Origin: Candidatus Sericytochromatia bacterium | GTDB lineage: Bacteria > Cyanobacteriota > Sericytochromatia > S15B-MN24 > UBA4093 | Length of the DNA stretch: 41,485 bases | NCBI GenBank assembly: GCA_036676495.1 | Contig: JAKFCT010000084.1 | Coordinates: 1 to 41,485 of the forward strand | Reading direction: 5' to 3' | Shown: positions 25,456-35,198 of the stretch, piece by piece | Layout of the letters: each line of letters begins with the position of its first letter | How positions within the stretch are numbered: position 1 is the stretch's first letter | The notes under the pieces: model-generated | The model's input: only the letters and a program-made list of their open reading frames with translations | Database searches by the model: none | What the model was told of the DNA's origin: nothing | Program-made: the position numbers and the translations under genes

Positions 25456-27210
25456 ATGACTCCTAACTCCGACCCGACGATCAGCTGGATCACGGACGCC
25501 GCCGGCCTCGAAGAGGCCGTCCAGACGCTCTCGCGCTGCGAGGCGATCGGGCTCGACACCGAGACCACCGGCCTCGACCCGCATCGCTCCCGCCTGCGCC
25601 TGATCCAGCTCGCCACACCGGACGTCGTCTACCTGATCGACGCCAACCGCATGCGGGACCTGGGCCCCTTGAAGCCCCTCCTGGAGGCGCCCCGTCCCTT
25701 CAAGGTGCTTCACCATGCCAAGTTCGACGCCAAGTTCCTGCGCCGTCGCTACGGGATCCGCCTGAACGGGATCTTCGACACCATGCTCGCGAGCCAGCTC
25801 CTGGGCTCCCGCGACGGGCACAGCCTCGCCGCCGTCGCCTCCCGCTGGCTATCCATCACCATGGACAAGACCATGCAGCGCAGCGACTGGTCCGGCGACC
25901 TCAGCGCGGAGCAAGTTCGCTACGCGGCCCACGACGCCACGGTGCTTTTGCCCCTGCGCGAGGCCATGCGTGCGGCCATCCTCAGCGAGCGGATGAGCCG
26001 CATCGCCGCCCTGGAGTTCTCGGCGGCCCCCGCCATCGGGGGCATCGAGCTGGCAGGCATCCGGCTCGACGGCGTGAAGTGGCTCGCGCTCGCCCGCGAG
26101 CGCGAACGCGAGCACGCGGCCCTGGCCGAGGCCCTTCACCGGGAGCTGGCCCTCGCCGATCCCCAGCTCGCGCTCTTCCCCGAGCACGCCACTTCCCCGC
26201 TCAACCTCAACTCCGTGCCCCAGGTCATGCGTGCCCTGGAGCGGCTCGGGATCCGCGTCCCCGACACCGACGACCTCACCCTCGGCCCCCTCGCCACATC
26301 CCACCCGGTGATCGCCATGCTGCTCGAATACCGCCATGCCGCGAAAGCCCTCAGCTCCTACGGCGAATCCTTCCTGAGCTACATCCATCCCGTCACCGGC
26401 CGGATTCATCCGGAGTTCCACCAGCTGGGGGCCGACACCGGCCGCATGGCGGCCTCGAACCCCAACATCCAGCAGATCCCCAACCAGGAGCGCTACCGTG
26501 CCTGCTTCGTGCCCGACCCCGGCCGCAAGCTGATCATCGCCGACTACTCGCAAATCGAGCTGAGGATCCTGGCCGAGGTCACCCAGGATGCGCAGTTGCT
26601 CCATGCTTTCGAGAGCGGGGCCGATTTACACCGCCTCACGGCCTCAATGATGTTCGGAACCCCGCTCGAGCACGTGAGCAAGGACGAACGCCAGCGGGCC
26701 AAGGCCCTGAACTTCGGCATGGTCTACGGCATGGGGCCCAGCGGGCTCGCCACCCGGCTGGGTTGCAGCCTCGACGAGGCCAAGGAGCTGATCGATCGGT
26801 ACTTTGCGGCTTATCCGGGAGTGCGGGTCTGGCTGCGGCAGGCCGCCCGCAAGGCCGTGGAGACCGGGGAGTGCACGACGCTGGGAGGGCGGCGGATCCG
26901 CTTCGCCAAGCCGGATCCGGAGAACCGGCGGGCGGTGGCCGGCGTGGAGCGCTTCGGCAAGAACGCTCCCTTGCAGGGAACCAGCGCGGACATCACCAAG
27001 CGGGCGATCGCCCTCCTCGACGCGCGCCTTCCCGAGGGCGCCTGCATCGTCAACGTGGTCCACGACGAGATCGTCGTGGAGGCCCCCACGGAAACAGCCC
27101 CCTCCATGGCCGCGCGCTTGCGCGAGACCATGCAGGAGGCCGCAGAAGCTTACCTCACGCGCGTCCCCGTGACCGTCGAGGCCGACGTGGCCGACGCCTG
27201 GATCAAGTAA
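25456..27210 (+). CDS. Family A DNA polymerase with 3'-5' exonuclease but no 5'-3' nuclease (Aquificae-like PolA)
   Basis: ExoI DTETTG, ExoII HHAKFD and ExoIII YAAHD. Polymerase motifs TGRM..NPNIQQIP, ADYSQIELR, KALNFGMVYG, QGTSADI and VHDEIV. 584 aa. Confidence 0.93.
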   Translation: MTPNSDPTISWITDAAGLEEAVQTLSRCEAIGLDTETTGLDPHRSRLRLIQLATPDVVYLIDANRMRDLGPLKPLLEAPRPFKVLHHAKFDAKFLRRRYGIRLNGIFDTMLASQLLGSRDGHSLAAVASRWLSITMDKTMQRSDWSGDLSAEQVRYAAHDATVLLPLREAMRAAILSERMSRIAALEFSAAPAIGGIELAGIRLDGVKWLALAREREREHAALAEALHRELALADPQLALFPEHATSPLNLNSVPQVMRALERLGIRVPDTDDLTLGPLATSHPVIAMLLEYRHAAKALSSYGESFLSYIHPVTGRIHPEFHQLGADTGRMAASNPNIQQIPNQERYRACFVPDPGRKLIIADYSQIELRILAEVTQDAQLLHAFESGADLHRLTASMMFGTPLEHVSKDERQRAKALNFGMVYGMGPSGLATRLGCSLDEAKELIDRYFAAYPGVRVWLRQAARKAVETGECTTLGGRRIRFAKPDPENRRAVAGVERFGKNAPLQGTSADITKRAIALLDARLPEGACIVNVVHDEIVVEAPTETAPSMAARLRETMQEAAEAYLTRVPVTVEADVADAWIK

Positions 27211-28491
27211 CTAGCCGGCGACCGATGCCTCCGTCGCTTCCCGGACCCCCGGGGAGGCGGGGACCGTTCCGACCAGGGAGGCCTGCCCCCGGGGGCCGGT
27301 CTCGGGAAGCAAGAGCCCGCCCAGGGCCAGCACCCAGGAGAAGACGGCCCAGACGGCGAAGGCCGGCACGAAGGAGCCCGTCGCGTCGCGCATCAGGCCC
27401 ACCAGGACCGGCGACAGGGACGAGAACAGGTATGCGAAGCTGAAGACCGTGCCCATCATCAGGCTCACGTGCTGGGGGGTCATGCCCTTGAGCTCCATCG
27501 GAGTGGTGAACAAGGGGGAGACGTACGTGAACATCGCGGCCCCCAGCAGCACGGCCGCCACGGTGATGAAGACCGGGTTGGGGGTGAGGAACATGCCGAA
27601 GCCCGCGAAGCCCATGACGACGCCCGCCCCGATGATGAACGGCCGGCGCAAGCCCAGCTGCTTGGTGAGGAGGCCCGCGACGATGGCCGTGGGGATGCCC
27701 ACCAGGTTGAAGAGGCCGGTGAACTGCGAGGCCGTCGCCTTGCTCATGCCGAACGCCTGCATGTAGTACGTGGGAAGCCAGGTGTTGAAGGCCAGGTAGA
27801 GCGCCAGCGGGCCCGCGAAGGCGAGGGCGATGATCCAGGTCTCCTTCATCCTCCAGACGTCCGCGTAGCGCACCGTGGAGGCGGCTTTCTCACCGGCCGC
27901 GACCGGCTCGGCCACGTGATCCCGGCCCAGCACGGCCCAGGCGAGCATCAGGACGACGCTGAGCACGCCGTAGACGAGGAGGGCGTTACGCCAGCCGAGG
28001 GCGCCCGCGAGCGGGACCGTGGTGAAGAGGGTGACGGCGATCCCGGTGTTGACCGCGACGTTGTTGAAGGCGTTGACCAGTGGCATCTCGGACTTGGGGA
28101 ACCACTGCATGACCATGGGGCCCAAGAGCGTGACGACGATGGCGCCGCCGACACCGAAGACGAAGCGGCTCGCGAGGAAGAGCGTGAAGTCGGAGGTCAA
28201 GGGGGCGATCGCCGCGAAGCAGATGCAGAGCGATCCCAGCAAGATGGTCTTCTTGAGTCCGATCCGAACGGCCAGGAGGCCGGTGAGCAAGGGAGCCACG
28301 ACCTTGGCCACCGAGACCAGCGTGTTGATCATGCCGAGTTGCGCGCTGGTGATGTCGAACTCGGCCTGAAGCTCGCCGACCAGGGGGGTGATGGCGATCC
28401 ACGACAGCCCGAAGACGGCGTAGGTCAGGAAGAGCAAGGTCTCGATGACGAAGCGGTAGGGCGTGTGGGGGGCGGCGTTGGCCGAGGCCAT
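27211..28491 (-). CDS. MFS transporter (CynX-like/organic anion)
   Basis: About 12 hydrophobic helices; GLLAVRIGLKKT and MQWFPKSE motifs. Start ATG 28491 behind AAGGAG. Last gene of the ligase-SDR operon. Confidence 0.85.
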   Translation of the reverse strand: MASANAAPHTPYRFVIETLLFLTYAVFGLSWIAITPLVGELQAEFDITSAQLGMINTLVSVAKVVAPLLTGLLAVRIGLKKTILLGSLCICFAAIAPLTSDFTLFLASRFVFGVGGAIVVTLLGPMVMQWFPKSEMPLVNAFNNVAVNTGIAVTLFTTVPLAGALGWRNALLVYGVLSVVLMLAWAVLGRDHVAEPVAAGEKAASTVRYADVWRMKETWIIALAFAGPLALYLAFNTWLPTYYMQAFGMSKATASQFTGLFNLVGIPTAIVAGLLTKQLGLRRPFIIGAGVVMGFAGFGMFLTPNPVFITVAAVLLGAAMFTYVSPLFTTPMELKGMTPQHVSLMMGTVFSFAYLFSSLSPVLVGLMRDATGSFVPAFAVWAVFSWVLALGGLLLPETGPRGQASLVGTVPASPGVREATEASVAG

Positions 28492-28534
28492 GAGGTGCTC
28501 CTTTCTAAGCAGGTGTTCTCGCGAGCCAGGCCGC

Positions 28535-29275
28535 TTAAAGGACCAATCCCCCATCCACGCCCAGGACCTGGCCGGTGATGAAATCGGCGTCGTCGGAAGC
28601 GAGGAAGAGGTAGGCCTTGGCGATGTCTGCAGGGGTGCCGAGACGTCCGACGGGGGTCTTCTCGCTCATCGCGGCGAGCACCTTCTCGGGCATGGCGGCA
28701 GTCATGTCGGTCTGGATGAAGCCCGGAGCCACGGCGTTGGCGGTGATGCCCTTCCGGCCCAGTTCCTTGGCCCAGGACTTGGTCATGCCGATGACTCCGG
28801 CCTTGGTCGCGGCGTAGTTGGTCTGGCCGAAGTTGCCGTGGACTCCCACGACGCTGGACGCGCTGATGATCTTGCCGCGGCCCTGGGCGACCATCTGGGG
28901 CAGGACGGCCTGCGTGCAGTTGAAGACGCCCTTGAGGTTGACGTCGATGACCGCGTCGAACTGCTCCTCGGTCATCTTGCCGAGCGTCGCATCCATGGTG
29001 ATGCCGGCGTTGTTGATGAGCACGTCGATCCGGCCGAAGCGCTCCATGACCTGCTGGACCATCTCCGCGATCTCGGAGCGCCGGGTGACGTCGAGCGCGT
29101 GCGCCGACGCCTCGCCTCCGGCGCGAACGATCTGCCGGGAAACCTCCTGGACGGCCGCGGGGTCGCGATCGCAGACCGCGACCTGCGCTCCCTCACCGGC
29201 GAGGAGAAGGGCGGTTTCGCGGCCGATGCCGCGACCGGCTCCCGTGATGATGACGACTTTACCTTTGACTCTCAT
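28535..29275 (-). CDS. Acetoacetyl-CoA/3-oxoacyl reductase (PhaB/FabG-type SDR)
   Basis: TGAGRGIG, NNAGIT.D, GNFGQTNYAATKAG and VAPGFIQTDM motifs. The PHA context favours a PhaB role. Confidence 0.9.
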   Translation of the reverse strand: MRVKGKVVIITGAGRGIGRETALLLAGEGAQVAVCDRDPAAVQEVSRQIVRAGGEASAHALDVTRRSEIAEMVQQVMERFGRIDVLINNAGITMDATLGKMTEEQFDAVIDVNLKGVFNCTQAVLPQMVAQGRGKIISASSVVGVHGNFGQTNYAATKAGVIGMTKSWAKELGRKGITANAVAPGFIQTDMTAAMPEKVLAAMSEKTPVGRLGTPADIAKAYLFLASDDADFITGQVLGVDGGLVL

Positions 29276-29294
29276 GGGGTTCCTTTTCTAGGGG

Positions 29295-30842
29295 CTAGAC
29301 CGGGGCGAGCTCGGCCCCGAAGCGCTCGCGCAGGGCGGGCTTGAGGACCTTGCCGGTGGGGTTGCGGGGCAGTTCCGACGTGAAGACCACGGACTTGGGA
29401 AGCTTGTAACGGGCGACCCGTTCACTCAGATACGCGATCACCTGGGCCTCCGTGAGGCTAGCCTCCGTGAGGGCACCGGGGTGCCGAAGGACCACCACGG
29501 CGCGTCCGACCTCGCCCCACTTGGGATGGGGCACACCGATGACCGCCGCCTCCTGGATGGCGGGATGGCCGTGCAGGATCTTCTCCAGCTCCGCGGGATA
29601 GATGTTCTCTCCTCCCGAGATGATCATATCCTTCTTTCGGTCCACGATGGTGAAGTAGCCCTCGTCGTCTTGGCGCACCAGGTCCCCGGTGTGAAGCCAG
29701 CCGTCCCGGATGGCCTGGGCGGTCGCCTGGGGGTTCTTCCAGTAGCCCTTGATGACATGAGGGCCCCGGATCAAGAGCTCTCCCACCTCGCCGGGCGCGA
29801 CGTCCCGATCGTCATCGTCGACCACCCGCACGTCCAGGTGGAAATTGGGGAAGCCCACCGAGCCGGCTTTGCGCACGGCGTCCTTGGCATCGAGCGTGAA
29901 GCAGTTGGGTCCGGCCTCGGTGAGCCCGTAGCCCTGCTTGAAGGTGAGGCCCCGGCGGGCGTAAGCCTCGATCAAGGAGACGGGGCAGGGTGCGCCCCCC
30001 GAGATGAAGAATCGCATGGCCGAGAGATCCGCAGCCTGGAACGCGGGGCTTTCGAGCATCATCTGGAACATGGTCGGCACCGCGAAGACCACGGTGCAGC
30101 GCTCGCGCTCGATGAGCTGCAAGGACTGCGCGGCCTCGAACTGCCGCATCAGCACCACGGTGCCGCCGCGGTGGAAGAGGGGCGTGGTGAGGACGTTCAG
30201 GCCGCCGGTATGGAAGAAGGGCGTATGCGTCAGGGTGATGTCGTCGTTGCGGAGATCCCAGCCCACCTGGGTGTTGATGGCGTTCCAGGTGATGGTCCCA
30301 TGGGTCAGGACGGCGCCCTTGGGCTGGCCGGTCGTGCCCGAGGTGTAAAGGATGAGCCAGGGGTCGTCCAGATCGATCTCGGCGGGCTCGGGGACGCCCG
30401 AGGCGGCCACGGCGAGCAGCTCCTCGTACGAGGTCAGGAGGCCGTCCTCGTGGAAGGGAACGACGTACTCCAGGGAGACCTCGGGCAGGAGGGCCTTCAC
30501 CGTCTCCTCGAACTCGGGGCCGAAGAAGAGGAGGCGGGATTCGGAGTTCTGGAGGATGTAGGCGATCTCCGGACCGATCAGGCGGTAGTTGAGGGGGACC
30601 ATGATGGCGCCCAGCTTGCCGAGCGCGAAGAAGAGCTCAAGGGTTTCGCTGCAGTTGTAGGCGAGCACGGCGACGCGATCGCCCTTCTGGATGCCGTAGC
30701 GAAGGCGCAGGGCGGAAGCGAGCTTGTCGGCCCGCTGGTTGAAAGCCTTGTAGGTCAACCGGCGGCCGGCGGCCACGTCGATGAGGGCGGTCTTCTCGGG
30801 GGCGTAAAGGGCCCAGCGGCTCAGCCAGTCACCAAAGAACAT
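29295..30842 (-). CDS. Fatty-acid/acyl-CoA ligase (AMP-binding)
   Basis: YTSGTTGQPKG, GYGLTE, WLHTGD, DRKKDMIISGGENIYP and PRNPTGKV motifs. Start ATG 30842 behind GGAGG. Confidence 0.93.
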   Translation of the reverse strand: MFFGDWLSRWALYAPEKTALIDVAAGRRLTYKAFNQRADKLASALRLRYGIQKGDRVAVLAYNCSETLELFFALGKLGAIMVPLNYRLIGPEIAYILQNSESRLLFFGPEFEETVKALLPEVSLEYVVPFHEDGLLTSYEELLAVAASGVPEPAEIDLDDPWLILYTSGTTGQPKGAVLTHGTITWNAINTQVGWDLRNDDITLTHTPFFHTGGLNVLTTPLFHRGGTVVLMRQFEAAQSLQLIERERCTVVFAVPTMFQMMLESPAFQAADLSAMRFFISGGAPCPVSLIEAYARRGLTFKQGYGLTEAGPNCFTLDAKDAVRKAGSVGFPNFHLDVRVVDDDDRDVAPGEVGELLIRGPHVIKGYWKNPQATAQAIRDGWLHTGDLVRQDDEGYFTIVDRKKDMIISGGENIYPAELEKILHGHPAIQEAAVIGVPHPKWGEVGRAVVVLRHPGALTEASLTEAQVIAYLSERVARYKLPKSVVFTSELPRNPTGKVLKPALRERFGAELAPV

Positions 30843-30883
30843 CGGAGGTCCTCCATCACAACGAGGGGAAGCGATTGGAGGAA

Positions 30884-30916
30884 ACTGTAACAACCTCACG
30901 TTACATCGTCGTTACA
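30884..30916 (-). promoter_or_regulatory. Promoter with tandem SARP-type heptamer boxes (ligase-SDR-MFS operon)
   Basis: Minus strand reads TGTAACG-acga-TGTAACG-N9-TACAGT; repeat period 11 bp. Confidence 0.7.
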
Positions 30917-30979
30917 TCCACCTGCTTTTCGCCCGGGCGGAGAGCAGGCGCGTCATGGGCGGTCCCTGAGGCGTGAAGA

Positions 30980-31849
30980 TCAGGGGTTTGCGGGGGTGAC
31001 GGGAACGGAGTAGGTGGACAGCTCACCGTAGTATTCGAGCGACATCGGGTCGATCCGGGGATCGCGGGTGAAATGGATCTGCTCATATTTGATCAGGCCC
31101 AGACCGGGGGCGAACCAGCGCGTGATGGTCATTCCCATCTCGACCTTCCCGAAGAACCCCTTCGAATGCTCGGCATGGTAGCTGTTGGTCAGCTGAGAGG
31201 TACGCACCTCGACGCAATCCTTGAAGGTACCGGCCGCCGTCACCACCGTCTTCCCCGTGGCCGTGGTGGCCGTCTCCGCGCCCGCCATGACGGTGATCGT
31301 ATCTTGGTAGCCGTTGACGGTCTCGACGTGCGTGCTGCTGGAGGCCTCCCGGATCACTCTCACGCTGTCCTTGACGGGGAAAGGCAGCAGCAAGTGCGCC
31401 GATTCGGCCATGGACGGTTTTCGGTAGAGCCCATCGCGCTTCTTGAAGTAAAGGGTCGCGAAGGGGGTGATCGGCCCTGCGTTCAAGTTGAGCCCGCTCA
31501 CCCAGATGCTGGCGGTGGCCTGCTCGTCTTGGACCTCGACCGTGGTGACCTCATGCTGGAGGAGCACCCGATCCTCCGTGCGGCCCAGGGCGCCGCCGAG
31601 ATCCGAGATCTCCGTCGTCTGGTATTGCAGGGTCAACCCCTTGCGCAGGCCCAGGTAATCGTCGCTGGGGAGTTTCTCCGCGGTCTTGTCACCTGGCGAT
31701 TTCGTGTCCCCGTCGGATGCGTCGCCAGAAGAGCCTGTCTTGTCGCCCGAGCGCGACTCCTCCTGACCGGGAGGGGAGACGAGGCCTTGAAGCGGGATCC
31801 GCTCGCAACCGACGAGTAGCAATGCCACAAGAAAGACGTGAAGCCGCAT
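30980..31849 (-). CDS. Hypothetical lipoprotein
   Basis: Lipobox LVGC, Ser/Gly/Asp linker, beta-rich C-terminus with TAAGTFKDC...WFAPGLGLIK. GAGGAGG SD. Confidence 0.75.
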   Translation of the reverse strand: MRLHVFLVALLLVGCERIPLQGLVSPPGQEESRSGDKTGSSGDASDGDTKSPGDKTAEKLPSDDYLGLRKGLTLQYQTTEISDLGGALGRTEDRVLLQHEVTTVEVQDEQATASIWVSGLNLNAGPITPFATLYFKKRDGLYRKPSMAESAHLLLPFPVKDSVRVIREASSSTHVETVNGYQDTITVMAGAETATTATGKTVVTAAGTFKDCVEVRTSQLTNSYHAEHSKGFFGKVEMGMTITRWFAPGLGLIKYEQIHFTRDPRIDPMSLEYYGELSTYSVPVTPANP

Positions 31850-31921
31850 GGAGCCTCCTCAGAAGACGCTATGGAGGCTTTATACCCTTGCTTACTTGTG
31901 AGTATGCGCTCTGCGGGTCGG

Positions 31922-34900
31922 CTAGCTCAGACCCACGGCGTCCAGGGGCTGCAACTGGGTGATGCGGTCGAAGAGCAGTTGCGTCTCGGGCATGGGGTCG
32001 ACGCCCAGTTCCTCATCCAGGGCGACGACACAGCGATCGTACGTGCGCAGGGCCATGGGGCGATCGCCCTGCCGGTACTGGGCCGCCATCGCGATCCGGT
32101 ACGCCTCCTCGGCGCAACGATCCCGTTCGATCAGCCGCTGGGCCCAAAGCGCGGCCCCCGTATCATCCCCCTGAGCGTAGTACAGCCGAGCCAGCTTCAG
32201 GGCGCCCTCCTTGTAACGATCCGCCAGACGCTCCCGCTCCCGCTCGCACCACGCCTCGTACTGGGGAAATTCCACGAGGAACTCTCCCTCGGAGAGCTCC
32301 AGCGCCTGCTGATACAGCTCCAGGGGATTCCCTCCCAGTGCCTCCATCGCCTGGGCCTCATCCAGCAGGCGTTCGAACTCCGCCGCGTCGATCCAGACGT
32401 CAGGCCCGACCATCAGGCCGTAATTCGCGCCTTCCCTCAAGATGAAGCGGGGGATGCCTCCCTTGCGTTCGGGCTCCAGGACCTTGTTGAGGGCGTTGAG
32501 CGCCACCCGGAAGGTGCCATCCGCCGCTCCGAGCTCGAGGTCGGGCCAGAGGGTATCGATGATGCGCGGCTTGGGGATCATCTGCCCGCGTTGCGCCAGG
32601 AAGAGGTGAAAGAGCTGGCGGGCCTTCTCGCGGCCCCAGGCCCGTCCCCCGATCTCCGATTGGCCCCTCCAGACCCGAAACGCGCCCAGCGTGCGGATCC
32701 GGAGCGCGTCTTCGCGCAAGACCGGGGCCTCGACGACGAGACCCGCTTCGCTCAGCCAGGGCGAGAGGAGGGCCGGGGCGATGCCCCGGTCGAGCGCCGT
32801 TCCCAGGAAGGCCTGGGCCTGCGCGGAGTCGGCGAAACCGAGCAAGGTCGGCTTGCTCAGCAGATACCCGACGCCATGGCGCTTCAGGAGTTCGAGCACG
32901 CGCCGGATCCGGGTGAGGACCGCCTTGCCTTCCCCGAGGGCCATGGCGAGCCGCGCCGACCACAAGGCGACCAGGGTCATGCCGAAGGGATCCCCGCAGC
33001 GCTCGTATCCGGATTGCGCCTGCATCAGCCAGCGCTCGGCCCTGGGATCCCCGTGCGCCACGTAAATGCTCCCCTGAGCCAGGCTCAGCATGGCGCAGAG
33101 CCAGGCATCCCCCGTCTCCTTGGCAATTTCGAGGCCGTCCTTGGCATGGGTCTCGGCGAGGTGGAGGTCTCCTCGGCGTCCCGCGACGAAGGCGAGGCCC
33201 ATCAAGCTCTCGGCCTTGAGGCGGGGGATGCCGATGGCGCGGGCGAGGGCGATCGCCTCCCGGTAAACGCCTTCCGCCTCGTCCAGCTGGCCCTCCAGCA
33301 AGGCCGCATGCCCCAGGCGAATGAGCGCAACCGCTTCGGTCCAGAGCGCCCCCTGCTCCTTGGCACGTTCCAAGCCCCGAGAGGCCAGCTCCCGTGCCGC
33401 CAGAGGCTCTCCCTGCAAGGCCTCGATCAGCGAGAGCACCAGCGACGCCTCGCGATGGGCCTTGGTCCCCGCCGTGGGATCATGGGGCTGACTCAGCGCG
33501 GCTTGAAGGACGGCCCGGGCCTCCTGGAGACGGCCGGTCCTCAGAAAGATCCGTGCCGACTGCTCGGAAAGTTCGGGCAGGCGCTCCCGGGCTTCCCGGA
33601 AGAGGGCCTCCGCCGCCTCCGAGTCTCCCTGGTTGAGCTTGTTCTCGGCGAGCATCACCAGCAGCTCCGTCCGGCGGTCGGAATCCTGGGTTTCGGCAAG
33701 GGCCTCCTCGAGATGCATCGAGGCCTTGGCAGGCTGAAGGGTATCCAGGTAGACCAGAGCCTTGGAGGCCTGGGCGCGGCTGCGGCCCTCGGCGTTTGCT
33801 CCATAGCCGCGGTAGGCGCGGTCGTACCAGTCGAGCGCCGCCTCGAAGCGTGAGGTCAACCGGCATGCATCCCCCTGGTGGATGGCCAGAGCCGGAGCCT
33901 GATCGACGAGCGCGGGCGAGAGGCGCGAAAGCCAGGATTCCAGGCGCGCGTACCGGCCCTGGTTCACGAGGCCTGGAGCCGCGGCGGCCAGGCCCTCCGC
34001 GGCCTTGCCTTCCTCGCCGGCTTCCAGGTAGTGATCGATGGCGCCTTCGAGGTCCCCGCGGCGCTTCAGGACCTCGGCCACGGCCAGATGCGCCGGCTGC
34101 AAGCGGTTTTCCGCCGCGAGGCGCTCGCGCAGGAACTCTCTAAACAAGTGATGGTAGCGATACCCGCCGTCGCCCAGGGGGACCAGGAAGACTCCGCGCT
34201 CGTTGAGCGCCGCCAGGTCGTCGGAGGCGTCTCGCCCGGCCAGTTCGCGGCAGACGTCGGGCCAGAGCTGCGGCAACGGCGCCGTCGCGAAGAGGAAGTC
34301 GCGATCGCGCTCGCTCAAGCGATCCAGGACCTCGGAAGCCAGGTAATCGAAGAGGTCCCGCAGCGAGCCCCGGGACTCCGGAATCTCGCCCCCCTGGTGC
34401 TGGGCCAAGAGCCTCAAGGCCATCGGCCAGCCCTCGGTCTCACTCATCAAGCGCGTGATTGCCTCGGCCTCCAGCGGCAAGCCCAGGATCTCAGCGAAGA
34501 GGGCTTCCACCTCGTCGGCGCGGAAGGCCAGCTCCGCTTGAACGATGAAGAGCGCATCCCCTCGCAGGCGCCACTTGGGGAGGCCGGGAAGATCGGGGCG
34601 CACGCGGGACGCCAGGACCACGTGGAGCTTGGGCAAACGCTGGCCTATCAAGTGGTTGGCCAGCAACAAGGCGGATTCCGAGCCTTGGAGATGATGGAAG
34701 TCGTCGAGCACCAGCCAGGTATCGGTGTCGAGACGATCCAGCAGCGCGTCGGCGAGGGCCTCGACGGCGGCAAGTCCCTGCTTGGCGGCGCCCCCCGGCA
34801 GCGAGAGCAAGGCCAGCATCCGATCCGCGACGCCCGGGTAGGCGCGCTGGAAGAGATGGGCGAGATGGAGCAAGAAGAGCTGAGCGTCCGCTTCGCGCTC

Positions 34901-35119
34901 GGAGATCTCGTACCAGAGCGCGGCATGCCGGCGGTCGTGCAGGTAGCCCGCGAGCAGCGAGCTCTTGCCGTAGCCCGTTCCTCCCAGGACCAGGGTCAGG
35001 GGGACGTCCATCGACGCATCGAGCAAACGGTGCAGCCGCTCGCGCCGCATGTGGGTTCGCTTGAGCGGGGGAACGATGAACTTCGTGCGGGTGACGAGCG
35101 CGTCTCCGAAATCGGACAA
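31922..35119 (-). CDS. MalT-like STAND ATPase/TPR regulator with C-terminal winged-helix and BTAD (SARP-type) domains
   Basis: TRTKFIVP, GGTGYGKS, LVLDDFH, TEGWPMAL and YRYHHLF (MalT-like). IRTLGAF, WPD, WIDA.EF, EEAYR and EELGVDP (SARP/BTAD). Probable TTG start at 35119 behind GAGG, with TTGAAG-18-TATGAT upstream. Confidence 0.9.
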   Translation of the reverse strand: MSDFGDALVTRTKFIVPPLKRTHMRRERLHRLLDASMDVPLTLVLGGTGYGKSSLLAGYLHDRRHAALWYEISEREADAQLFLLHLAHLFQRAYPGVADRMLALLSLPGGAAKQGLAAVEALADALLDRLDTDTWLVLDDFHHLQGSESALLLANHLIGQRLPKLHVVLASRVRPDLPGLPKWRLRGDALFIVQAELAFRADEVEALFAEILGLPLEAEAITRLMSETEGWPMALRLLAQHQGGEIPESRGSLRDLFDYLASEVLDRLSERDRDFLFATAPLPQLWPDVCRELAGRDASDDLAALNERGVFLVPLGDGGYRYHHLFREFLRERLAAENRLQPAHLAVAEVLKRRGDLEGAIDHYLEAGEEGKAAEGLAAAAPGLVNQGRYARLESWLSRLSPALVDQAPALAIHQGDACRLTSRFEAALDWYDRAYRGYGANAEGRSRAQASKALVYLDTLQPAKASMHLEEALAETQDSDRRTELLVMLAENKLNQGDSEAAEALFREARERLPELSEQSARIFLRTGRLQEARAVLQAALSQPHDPTAGTKAHREASLVLSLIEALQGEPLAARELASRGLERAKEQGALWTEAVALIRLGHAALLEGQLDEAEGVYREAIALARAIGIPRLKAESLMGLAFVAGRRGDLHLAETHAKDGLEIAKETGDAWLCAMLSLAQGSIYVAHGDPRAERWLMQAQSGYERCGDPFGMTLVALWSARLAMALGEGKAVLTRIRRVLELLKRHGVGYLLSKPTLLGFADSAQAQAFLGTALDRGIAPALLSPWLSEAGLVVEAPVLREDALRIRTLGAFRVWRGQSEIGGRAWGREKARQLFHLFLAQRGQMIPKPRIIDTLWPDLELGAADGTFRVALNALNKVLEPERKGGIPRFILREGANYGLMVGPDVWIDAAEFERLLDEAQAMEALGGNPLELYQQALELSEGEFLVEFPQYEAWCERERERLADRYKEGALKLARLYYAQGDDTGAALWAQRLIERDRCAEEAYRIAMAAQYRQGDRPMALRTYDRCVVALDEELGVDPMPETQLLFDRITQLQPLDAVGLS

Positions 35120-35198
35120 GGTTGACCTCTCATGCCCTCGAGCGTTCCTGCGCCCATCATAAGGCAGAAGGGGCGTTCCCTTCAATCTTCCGCTAATT

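Noticed and set aside
25456-27210. Prophage or mobile-element origin for the family A polymerase
   Set aside because: No integrase, primase/helicase or structural genes nearby, and base composition looks like the flanking genes.
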